DNA of 50,989 nt from a virus (Duplodnaviria > Caudoviricetes): IMG/VR virus record IMGVR_UViG_3300006755_000004, positions 1 to 50,989 of that record; one strand, given 5' to 3'. The notes under the pieces were generated by a model. The model saw only the letters and a program-made list of their open reading frames with translations, was not told the origin of the DNA and did not search any database. Below, piece by piece: positions 42,070-50,989 of the stretch (its first letter is position 1; every line of letters starts with the position of its first letter). Made by a program: the position numbers and the translations under genes.

Positions 42070-42507
42070 ATGGCAGGACAGGACGCGTGGGGAACTTCGT
42101 TCCGCCGCGAGACCAACACGCCCGGCACGTTCCAGGCCGTGGCGAACATCACGGACATCAGCGGTCCGAGCCGTGAGCGGGAGGCCATCGAGGTCACCGC
42201 GCACGACAGCCCGGACCAGTACCGCGAGTTCGTCAAGGGTCTGAAGGACGGCGGCGAGGTCGAGATCACGCTCAACTACGACCCCGGCGTCGCCACCATC
42301 TCCGTGCTCGACGACGACTTCGAGGAGGACGACCTGCGCAACTACCAGGTCGTGATCTTCCCCGGCACCGTCGACGAGTACACGTGGGACTTCGCGGGCC
42401 TCATCACGGCCAACGGCGACGAGTTCCCGCACGACGACAAGATGGAGCGGACCGTCACGTTCAAGATCTCGGGCAAGCCCGAGCTCACCCACACCGCTGG
42501 CAGCTGA
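42070..42507 (+). CDS. major tail tube protein (lambda gpV-like)
   Basis: ITDISGP, IEVT.HDS, GLKDGGE, FKISGKP. Confidence 0.88.
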   Translation: MAGQDAWGTSFRRETNTPGTFQAVANITDISGPSREREAIEVTAHDSPDQYREFVKGLKDGGEVEITLNYDPGVATISVLDDDFEEDDLRNYQVVIFPGTVDEYTWDFAGLITANGDEFPHDDKMERTVTFKISGKPELTHTAGS

Positions 42508-42520
42508 GGAACAGAGCAAC

Positions 42521-42931
42521 ATGGCACTCTTGGGCAAGCAGCAGATCAACCAGGCCGTCGACCGCAAGTGGGAGGACGTGCCGGTCCCCGAGTGGGGCGG
42601 CGAGGTCCGGCTCATGGAGCTGTCGGCGGCCGATCGGGGATACATCGAGGCGGGCTCGGTTGTGGCCAACGGCCAGACGCCGCAGCTCAAGGTCGAGTCC
42701 CTCAAGGTGTACCGCGAGAAGCTCGTCGGCATGGCCATGGTGGACGAGAACTTCGAGCGTCTGTACTCCAACAAAGAGATCGCTGCTGGCGAGCTCGGCA
42801 AGCGTTCGGGTGCGGTCATCGAGCGTCTGGCCGCCAAGGTCCAGGAGCTCTCCGGCATGGGCAAGTACGCCGTGAAGGAAGCCGAGGGAAACTCCGACGC
42901 CGCCCCGAGCGACTCTTCCGATTCCGACTAG
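42521..42931 (+). CDS. tail assembly chaperone (gpG-like)
   Basis: VPVPEWGGEV; ends near the slippery site GGGAAAC. Confidence 0.85.
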   Translation: MALLGKQQINQAVDRKWEDVPVPEWGGEVRLMELSAADRGYIEAGSVVANGQTPQLKVESLKVYREKLVGMAMVDENFERLYSNKEIAAGELGKRSGAVIERLAAKVQELSGMGKYAVKEAEGNSDAAPSDSSDSD

Positions 42932-43239
42932 CAGCACACCTCGGGATGACGGTGGCAGACCTGGACTCCCGGTTGGGTTCCTCCGAGCTTACCGAGTGGA
43001 TCGCTTACGAGAACATTAGCGGTCCACTCGGTTCGCGTCGAGGGGACATCCAGGCGGCCACCATTGCGGCAACAATAGCGAATGGCAACCGGGGCAAGAA
43101 GGGCCGGAAGTTCAAGCTGTCGGACTTCCTGATTCCGTATGGCGGACGAGACCGTAAGTCTCCGATGGAGATGCTGAACGCGATCCGAAGCCTCAACAAG
43201 TCGATGGGAGGTGTGGAACGTGGCGGACGTGACGATTGA
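42521..43239 (+). CDS. tail assembly chaperone gpGT via -1 frameshift at GGGAAAC (42886-42892)
   Basis: The -1 frame continues FRLAAHLGMTVADL...ELTEWIAY, a typical gpT segment. Confidence 0.8.
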
Positions 43240-44875
43240 CATTGACGCCAACCTGGGCAGCACATCGTCTACGATCAGCAGCGCATCCCAGAGCCTCGAC
43301 GATCTCGGCCAGGCCGCGAACTCGGCGAGCTCCGACCTGGACAGCGTAGGCAACGCAGGGCAGGAAGCTGGTGGCGGCCTCAACAAGGTTGCGGTCGGTT
43401 CTGCTGCCGCTGCTGGAGCGTTCGCGTCCATGGACGACATTGTCCAGCAGGGCGTCGATCTGTTCCATCAGGGTGCTCAGCGAGCCGATGATCTCCAGCG
43501 TGCGCAGAACGACGTAGCCCAGGCAGCACTCGATGTCGAGCAGGCCAACCGAGACATGGCCCAGAGCCAGATCGATGCGAACCAGGCACAGCTCGACGGC
43601 ACACAGGCGGGCATCGACCTGGAGCAGGCTCTGCTCGACCAGAAGACCGCGACCAAGGACTACAACGACGCGGTCAAGGAGTATGGCGTCAACTCGCTGG
43701 AGGCTCAGCAGGCCGCCATCGACCTCAAGCAGGCGGACGCCGACGCCAAGCAGGCCAAGATCGACTCGACACAGGCGACCGAGGACTACAAGCAGGCGAC
43801 GCAGGACGGCAAGCAGGCGACGATCGACGCGAGCAACGCACAGCTGGACCTCAACGAGGCACAGCGCAATGTGCAGAGCGCGGATATCATGTCGGGGTGG
43901 TTCGGCACGGTCAGCCAGATCGGCACCGCGCTGTTCGGCCTCATCGGCACGTTCGCGCTGTTCGGTGCGGAGACGGTGGCCACTGCCGCGACCGCCGTTG
44001 GCTCGGCCATCGCCACGGCTGCTGCATGGGTCGGCTCCTGGATCGCGATGGCGGCCAGCGCCACGGCTTCCGCGATCGCGATGGCGGCTGCGTGGCTGCT
44101 CTCGATCTGGCCCATCGCACTGGTCGTCGCGGCCATCGCTGCGATCGTCGTCCTGATCATCGTCTACTGGGACGAGATCAAGGCCGCAACCATCGCGGTG
44201 TGGAACGCTGTCATGGGCTGGCTCGCGTCTGCCTGGGAGTGGATCAAGTCGGCCGCCATCACCGCCTGGAACGCGGTGTTCTCGTTCTTCACCAGCCTGT
44301 GGGGGAAGATCAAGTCCGCCTTCTCTGCCGGCATCGACTTCATCAAGTATCTGTTCTTCAACTTCACGCCTCTGGGCATCATCATCAAGAACTGGGGAGG
44401 CATCACCGGCTACATCAAGGGCGTCTGGGACAAGGCTTCCAGCCTCGTGTCTGGAGCTGTCAAGCGAATCGGCAGCTTCTTCAATGGCATGTGGAACGGA
44501 ATCAAGAACGGCCTGTCGTCGGCGCTCAACGGAGCCATCGGCCTGATCAACCGGGCCATCGGCGGAATCAACACGCTTATCCGTGGAGCCAACCGGGTTC
44601 CCGGCGTCAACATTCCGCAGGTTCCGTACATTCCGTATCTGGCAGCGGGTGGTGTTACCACCGGACCCACGCTGGCCATGATCGGTGAAGGCCAGGAGCA
44701 GGAAGCGGTGCTTCCCCTGAGCAAGCTTCAGGGTATGCTTAACATGGCCGGTGGTGGTGGCGGCGGAGTGACCGTTGTCGAATTCCGAGGAGGCTCCAGG
44801 GCATTCCGCGAGTTCCTCCAGGAGTCTGTCCGCACCCAGTCCGGCGGAAGCATCGTCAAGTTCGCGGAGGGATAA
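43220..44875 (+). CDS. tape measure protein (short, about 551 aa)
   Basis: Follows the chaperones; coiled coil, hydrophobic Ala-rich region, W/F periodic repeats, LAAGG..TGPTLAMIGE. Confidence 0.85.
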   Translation: MADVTIDIDANLGSTSSTISSASQSLDDLGQAANSASSDLDSVGNAGQEAGGGLNKVAVGSAAAAGAFASMDDIVQQGVDLFHQGAQRADDLQRAQNDVAQAALDVEQANRDMAQSQIDANQAQLDGTQAGIDLEQALLDQKTATKDYNDAVKEYGVNSLEAQQAAIDLKQADADAKQAKIDSTQATEDYKQATQDGKQATIDASNAQLDLNEAQRNVQSADIMSGWFGTVSQIGTALFGLIGTFALFGAETVATAATAVGSAIATAAAWVGSWIAMAASATASAIAMAAAWLLSIWPIALVVAAIAAIVVLIIVYWDEIKAATIAVWNAVMGWLASAWEWIKSAAITAWNAVFSFFTSLWGKIKSAFSAGIDFIKYLFFNFTPLGIIIKNWGGITGYIKGVWDKASSLVSGAVKRIGSFFNGMWNGIKNGLSSALNGAIGLINRAIGGINTLIRGANRVPGVNIPQVPYIPYLAAGGVTTGPTLAMIGEGQEQEAVLPLSKLQGMLNMAGGGGGGVTVVEFRGGSRAFREFLQESVRTQSGGSIVKFAEG

Positions 44876-44878
44876 GAG

Positions 44879-47800
44879 ATGCCGAGCCTGCCGCCCCGGA
44901 TCACGGCCGACCTGTACTACGACGACCAGTGGAACGACATCACATATGGTCTGAGCCAGACAGAGTCGGTGGAGATCACGCGGGGGTCAACGTCCGAGGG
45001 GAACCAGCCGGACCCCAACGAGGGCTCGGCTCTCCTCCAGAACCCCACGGGCATCTTCAGTCCGAAGAACCCCAACAGCCCGCTGTACGGCAAGATCGGC
45101 CGCAACACCCGCATCCGCTACAAGGTGGATGCGGGCAGCGTCCGTCTGAACCTGCCGAGCCCCAACACCGACGCTGCCGCCGTGTGTGCGGACAACGCCG
45201 CGCTCGACATCACGGGCGACATCGACGTTCGAGTCGACGCCCGAGTCAACTGGGGCGACCGGGGTGCAGCCAACGTCCTGGAGCTCATCGGCAAGCAGCA
45301 GACCGTCGGCGAGCAGAGGTCGTGGCGCTTCTTCCAGTACGGCCAGGGCTTCGCCGGGTTCGGCGGTCGTCTGGGCATCACGTGGTCGCAGGACGGCACC
45401 GAGGCCAACTCTCAGCAGGCCATCGCCACAGAGCGTCTGGCCGAGGGCTTCGGTCGCCGTCTCGCGGTCCGCTTCACCCTGGACGTCAACAACGGCTCTG
45501 GCGGCTGGACCGTCAAGTTCTTCAAGGCCGCCACCATCGCCGGTCCGTGGGAACAGGTTGGCGACGACGTCACCGGAACCGGCGTCACGTCCATCTTCTC
45601 CAGCGCGTCCGACGTCAACGTCGGCAACGTCCTGACCCAGGGGCAGAATCCGCCGCGCGGATCCTTCTACGGTGCACAGATCCGCGCCGGTATCGACGGC
45701 ACGCTCGTCGCCAACGCCGACTTCACCGGGCTCGCCGAGGGCACGACCGCCTGGACCGACTCCGTGGGCCGCTCGTGGTCTGTCGTGGGCGAGGCGGAGA
45801 TTTCCCGCACCATGGTCCGGCTCGTTGGCGAGGTGCCCGCCTGGCCGCCACGGAGGACCACCTCGGGGCATGTGACTGTCCCGATCGCGCCCGCTGGCAT
45901 CCTCCGTCGCCTCGGCTCGGGTGCCAAGCCTCTCCAGTCTGCCGCCTTCCGGTCGACGCAGTTCAACAATCCGGACGCGCCGATCCTGGAGTACTGGCCG
46001 TGTGAGGACGGCGAGGAGGCCGGAACCATCACATCCGGTCTGGACGGTGGCAAGGCAGCCATCATCTCGGGCAACATCGAGCTCGCCCAGTCCAACGACT
46101 TCATCTCGTCTGCACCGCTGCCGGAGTGGCACGCGTCCAACGTCAGCATGACGATCCGGCCGTACACTGTAACTGGCGCGAGCCAGATGCGCTTCTTCAT
46201 GTCGATCCCGTCGGGCGGCCTGACCAACGGCTTCCTGCTCGCGCGCATGAACATGACCGGCACGGCTCGTTCGCTCGACATGACGTACACCACTGGTGGC
46301 GGTCTGCAGTTCAGCATCTACGACGCGGACCGCACACTGATCGACCAGACAGGCGCGATCTCGTTCAACGTGAACGGGCGTCCGATGCGATTCTCCATCG
46401 GCCTCACGCAGGTCGGTGCGAACATCCAGATCACGGTCGGCTCGCTGGTCCCGAACGCGACGTTCGCCAACGTGCTTGTCGACACGCTCAACGGAGCGAC
46501 CGTCGGACGCGTGTCGAGCATGTCCATCGGTGGCACGGCGGACCTTGCCGACTCGACCTTCGGCCACGTTACATTCCAGTCTGCAGAGACCAACCTGTTC
46601 GACGTTGTGGAGCAGCTGGACGCCTACGACGGAGAGCGCGCGGGCGACCGCATCAACCGGCTCTGCAACGAGCAGGGCATCTCGTCCTCGTACCTGTTCT
46701 CGCCACTGGCCAATCAGGTCACGCTCGGACCGCAGCGCATCAAGGACCTCGTCACGCTCCTCCAGGAAGCCGCCACCTCGGACCAGGGCTATCTTCTGGA
46801 GAACCGAGACTCCATCGGCATCCGGTATCGGTCGCTCACGACCATGCTCAACCAGATCCCAGGCGTCGTGCTTGACTACTCGGCCGGTCTCATCAGCCCG
46901 CCGTTCCAGCCGATCGACGACGACAAGCTGACCAAGAACAGCGTCGTGGTCACGGTGGACGGCGGCTCGTCCAGCTCTCCGCAGGTGCTCACGTCCGGTC
47001 CGCTGTCGACCCAGGACCCGCCCAACGGCGTCGGCCTGTACGATGTCGAGTACACGTACAGCCTGGAGAACCTCCCGCTCGCCGAGAGCCTGGCCTCGTG
47101 GCTGCTGCGGACTGGCACCTTCGACGGTCTCCGCTACACGCGCATCACGCTGGACCTCGCGAACGACCGGGTCGCGCAGCACGCCGAGGACATCCTCAGC
47201 CTGGACGTCGGCGACATGATGCGGCTCCGCAACCTCCCCGAGGATCTGCCGCCGGACGATGTCGACCTGATCATCATCGGCTACAGCGAGACGATGGGGC
47301 CGGATGAGTGGAAGATCACCTTCGCCTGCATCCCTGGTGAGCCGTACAACGTCGGTGAGCTGCCGGGCACAGGCAGCAGCGACGACTTCGCCACCAACAG
47401 CGACAACAGGGCCGACCTCACCAGCTCGACCGTGCTCACCGCGATGGACTCGGACGACACCTCGCTTGAGGTCGTGCTGGCAGACGACTCTGGCATTCCG
47501 TGGGCGAGTGCATACCCCGTCATCAGCACGAACGCTGCGATGCGATCCGGCATCACCAACTGGTCTGCCCAGGGCGGGACGTTGGCATGGGCCGACGCCC
47601 CCGGCACGCCGCCGTTCGATGCAGACAAGGCTGCCAAGTTCACGAGCGACGGTGTGGCCACGATCCAGTCGATCCTCAACGCATCGTCGGCTTCTGGCAC
47701 GGTGACGCCCGGCCTGGCCTACTACGCCAACGGCTGGATCTACTCGGACGTCATGATCCGAGCCCGCATCGCCATCAACTGGGCAACGTCGGGCAATGTC

Positions 47801-48810
47801 TACTTGTCCACGAGCAGCGGATCCACGATCACCATCCAGCCGAACGTCTGGACGTATCTGTCGGGCTCTATGATCGCGATGCGACGGCCGCTCGTGGCGC
47901 GATCCACTTCAGCCTCGACGACTCGACAGGCGCTGCCACCGTGCCCGTCAACGCAAACGTGTACGGTGTCGAGGCTCGTCTCAGGCGAGACGGCTCGTCC
48001 GTCTTCCAGCAGTTCAGCGAGGACGACTTCCCTCTCGCGCTGCGCGTCGACGGCGAGGTTGTGCGGGCCGACTCATGCGTCCCGAAGCTGCACGACACCT
48101 TCTTCCGCACAACTGCCAGCGGATGGGGCACGGCCGACTCGGGGCAGGTATGGTCCACCGGCGGAGGAGCCGCGAGCGACTACAGCACGGACGCAACCGC
48201 GCTGGAGGGGCGACACCTGCTCACGAGCGTCAACGTCTCCAGGCGAACGTTCACCAACGACTTCGCCGACGACATCGACATCACCGCGTTCATCGGCACG
48301 GATCAGCTCGCGACCGGGGCCGCTATCACCGGGGCGATCACGGGTCGTTACGCCGACAGCGACAACCTGTACATGGCACGCATCGAGTTCCTGACTACGG
48401 GATTCCTCACGCTCGGAATCCGCAAGCGCGTCGCCGGGGTCGAGACCTCTCTCGGTAGCGTCGCGACTCAGATCGCGCATGTCGTGAACCGGGGATACGG
48501 GCTGCGCTTCTACATTCGTGGTTCGAGTCTCAAGGCTCAGCTGTGGGACAGCACGAATGGCCAGGCATTGCAGAGGCCGTGGGACCTGTCGGTCACCGAT
48601 ACCGATCTCACGACCGGCACGCTCCAGGGATTCAGGTCCATCCTGATTACCGGAAACACCAATGCCAGTCCGAGGGTAGCGTACGCTTTCGCGAAGAACA
48701 ACTATCCCCAGGTGTTCAACGTGGAGCGTTCTCGGAATGGAGCCGTCAAGCCGATTCCGGCTGGAGCTGGCGTCAATGTCAACGAGCCGCTCACCACGAT
48801 CATTCGGTAA
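44879..48810 (+). CDS. large minor tail/tail-tip protein with beta-sandwich carbohydrate-binding-like domains; reading frame broken near 47878
   Basis: ITRG...PNSPLYGKIGRNT N-terminus, YWPCED, CBM-like segment; coding-like sequence continues in the -1 frame to RSRNGAVK...TAA at 48810. Confidence 0.72.
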
Positions 48811-48819
48811 GGAGAAGTA

Positions 48820-49311
48820 ATGAGTGTAGCCCAGTGGCTCGGCGGGCAGCGCGTCACTGCCGAGCGACTCCAGGAGATGCTGAACAAGTTCTCGGACTTC
48901 ACTCCGACGCTCGGCGTGTCGACCGGAACTGCGCCCACCTACGGCAACGCCACGGTGCTGTGCCGATGGTCGCAGTCTGGAGACCTCGTCACCGCCCACT
49001 ACAACATCGTGTGGGGCTCGACGTCGACGTTCGGTACCGCGAGCGGATCGTCCAACTGGCGATTCGGGCTGCCCGTCCCTGCTGCGGCCACGACTCAGGC
49101 CAATGGCGTGATCTTCGTGGAGAGCGGAACGGCCAAGCGCTATCCGTGTCGAGCCCGATTCACGAGCACGACGTTCATGGAGCTGGAGCTCGCGGGTGGT
49201 GCTCCGGACTCCGTGGCCGCCGCGAACACCGGCATCTGCGACGCCATCACGCCGTTCACTTGGGCCTCCACCGACACGCTCAAGGGCGTCATCCGCTACG
49301 AAGCTGCGTGA
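48820..49311 (+). CDS. minor tail protein (paralog of the next gene)
   Basis: WLGGQRVTAERL; YGNA...CR..QSGDLV.AHY.I..GST..FG. Confidence 0.7.
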   Translation: MSVAQWLGGQRVTAERLQEMLNKFSDFTPTLGVSTGTAPTYGNATVLCRWSQSGDLVTAHYNIVWGSTSTFGTASGSSNWRFGLPVPAAATTQANGVIFVESGTAKRYPCRARFTSTTFMELELAGGAPDSVAAANTGICDAITPFTWASTDTLKGVIRYEAA

Positions 49312-49320
49312 GGAGGAACG

Positions 49321-49836
49321 ATGGCTGCCGAATCATGGTCGGGTGGCGAGCTCATGGAGGCAGAGCGCCTCGTCAACATGCAGCACAAGTCATTCGACTT
49401 CGTCCCCAACTGGGACACCACCACAGGCAACAACCGGCCGTCGTACGGCAATGCGGTGATCGACTGCCGGTTCACCCAGTCTGGTGACCTGGTCATCGCA
49501 CACTATGACATCACGTTCGGATCGACGACCAACTTCGGAGCCGCCCCGACGAACGCTGACGACTGGATCTTCAGCCTGCCTGTGAACGCTCTCGACGGAG
49601 CCGTCATCGTGCAGGCTGTCGGAGAGCTCGTGCTCGGCACGACGGCCGGTGGAGCTCGCATCACATCTCGTGCTCGGCTGCACGACAAGAGCAATGTCAA
49701 GATGGACATCTCGAATGGCCGCCTTGACGCAGGAGCCATTGCGGCTGCAAACCGTGGCACGGCAGACGCCATCTCGCCGTTCACGTTCAACAGCGGGTCG
49801 TCCGTCAAGGGCGTCATCGAATACGAGGCCGGATAG
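49321..49836 (+). CDS. minor tail protein (paralog of the previous gene)
   Basis: WSGGELMEAERL; same core; both end KGVI.YEA. Confidence 0.7.
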   Translation: MAAESWSGGELMEAERLVNMQHKSFDFVPNWDTTTGNNRPSYGNAVIDCRFTQSGDLVIAHYDITFGSTTNFGAAPTNADDWIFSLPVNALDGAVIVQAVGELVLGTTAGGARITSRARLHDKSNVKMDISNGRLDAGAIAAANRGTADAISPFTFNSGSSVKGVIEYEAG

Positions 49837-49968
49837 CAGCGCTATCCGCTTTCGTAGTAGCATTTCGTCCGTCGGCAGTGGGAGGCAATTGTTGCGATTG
49901 AGTAATAACCACCCATGATGATCCGGCGTCGAAATGTACGCGGGGGACGAGTGAGTGGGAGATAGGCG

Positions 49969-50325
49969 ATGGCCGGAATCACCAACGGACTTGGAGGCGC
50001 AACCAACATGGGAGATCCCACGAGTCCATCTCCTGGAGGTAACAACATGGGCGAGGGACCCAGTGTGATCGACCTCGTGGTCATGATGACGAGGCTCGAA
50101 TCCAAGATGGACAATCTGCGCGAGTCCCAGACGACGCAGAACACCATACACACCGACCACGAACAGAGGCTCAGACTGATCGAGCAGTTCGTCTCCCAGG
50201 GCAACGATCATGAGGCTCGCATCAAGAGCCTGGAGGCCAACAAGTGGCCGCTGCCATCGCTCGCAGCCCTCATCTCGCTCGCCGCTCTGATCCTCGCGTT
50301 CATCAACATGAAGAACGGCAGCTGA
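49969..50325 (+). CDS. coiled-coil protein with C-terminal TM helix (lysis-cassette, holin-like); start may be internal
   Basis: DHEQRLRLIE / DHEARIKSLE repeat followed by WPLPSLAALISLAALILAF; upstream of the lysin. Confidence 0.6.
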   Translation: MAGITNGLGGATNMGDPTSPSPGGNNMGEGPSVIDLVVMMTRLESKMDNLRESQTTQNTIHTDHEQRLRLIEQFVSQGNDHEARIKSLEANKWPLPSLAALISLAALILAFINMKNGS

Positions 50326-50367
50326 GAACCGGCTGAGCGCCCACGTAAGGCCCGAACGGGCGTCCGT

Positions 50368-50414
50368 GAGGCCCGCGTACCGACTCCGACCCACGGGGCC
50401 GCTACGCGGGCCTC
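50368..50414 (+). terminator. hairpin before the endolysin
   Basis: GAGGCCCGCGTA...TACGCGGGCCTC. Confidence 0.45.
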
Positions 50415-50503
50415 CTCGGCGTTTTACGAGGGCTCTCCGGCGGCATGCTTCGGGTAGGATAAGAACCGAACCACAACTACGGGGCAAACGCAGGGAGCAG
50501 GAT

Positions 50504-50989
50504 ATGGCAACACCTCTCAGTGCAGATGCGATCCTCACGGTCCTCCGGGCCGAGGGCATCACTGTGCACGAGCACGACGGATGGCGGACGCACAACCGCG
50601 ACGCGGCCACGGGCAAGACGTTCGGCCCCGTGCACGGCGTGCTCATCCACCACACCGCTGGTCACAACGACAAGGAGATCTGCTACAACGGCCGGAGCGA
50701 CCTGCCCGGTCCGCTGTGCCACTCCTGGCTCGGCAAGACGGCCGGTCTCTGGATGATCGGACACGGCCGAGCGAACCACGCCGGTCTCGTGGACGGCGAC
50801 GTCATCCAGGCCCTCATCGAGGAGCGCTCGCCGCTCCCCAAGGACGACGAGGCCGACACCGACGGCAACGACGTCCTGTACGGGCTGGAGATCGAGAACT
50901 ACGGGAACGGCACCGACCCGTATCCGGCCGCTCAGTACAAGGACGCCGTCCTGTGGGCCGCCGCGCTCTGCCGCGCTCACGGCTGGACC
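50504..50989 (+). CDS. endolysin, N-acetylmuramoyl-L-alanine amidase; partial
   Basis: MATPLSA...GWRTHNR...GVLIHHTAG...LPGPLCH...GRANHAG...YGLEIEN, typical of Streptomyces phage amidases. Confidence 0.9.
   Translation, partial: MATPLSADAILTVLRAEGITVHEHDGWRTHNRDAATGKTFGPVHGVLIHHTAGHNDKEICYNGRSDLPGPLCHSWLGKTAGLWMIGHGRANHAGLVDGDVIQALIEERSPLPKDDEADTDGNDVLYGLEIENYGNGTDPYPAAQYKDAVLWAAALCRAHGWT

Noticed and set aside
1-50989. Prophage integration module, tRNA genes or rRNA
   Set aside because: No integrase, att site, host gene boundary or tRNA cloverleaf was recognised. Lifestyle cannot be determined from this window.

Overview
This is a high-GC actinobacteriophage genome segment, most likely from a Streptomyces-type siphovirus, with two divergent arms. 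The minus-strand arm (1-29.9 kb) encodes DnaE (partial), a possible nucleotide-modification cluster (Nmad1/DUF1599, HAD phosphatase, FAD oxidoreductase, dCMP deaminase), a DenV-like protein, TerD, an SSB/Sak4-like ATPase/RecB-like nuclease trio, an SNF2 helicase, a large accessory region, a Mec+-like JAB peptidase and a TOPRIM-SF3 primase-helicase. The plus-strand arm (30.5-51 kb) runs from terminase through portal, MuF, scaffold, capsid and tail genes to an amidase endolysin (partial). The main finding is seven complete type II hammerhead ribozymes on the minus strand between 15.5 and 21.3 kb. Each has a perfect catalytic core and covarying stems, and each sits directly in front of the Shine-Dalgarno and start codon of an accessory gene. 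Two of them also end paralogous, promoter-driven, apparently non-coding RNAs of about 350-450 nt. Next to them is an array of single-gene cassettes with a conserved promoter, and the palindrome TGCCGGCA is strongly enriched. All calls come from reading the sequence by eye; no database searches were run.
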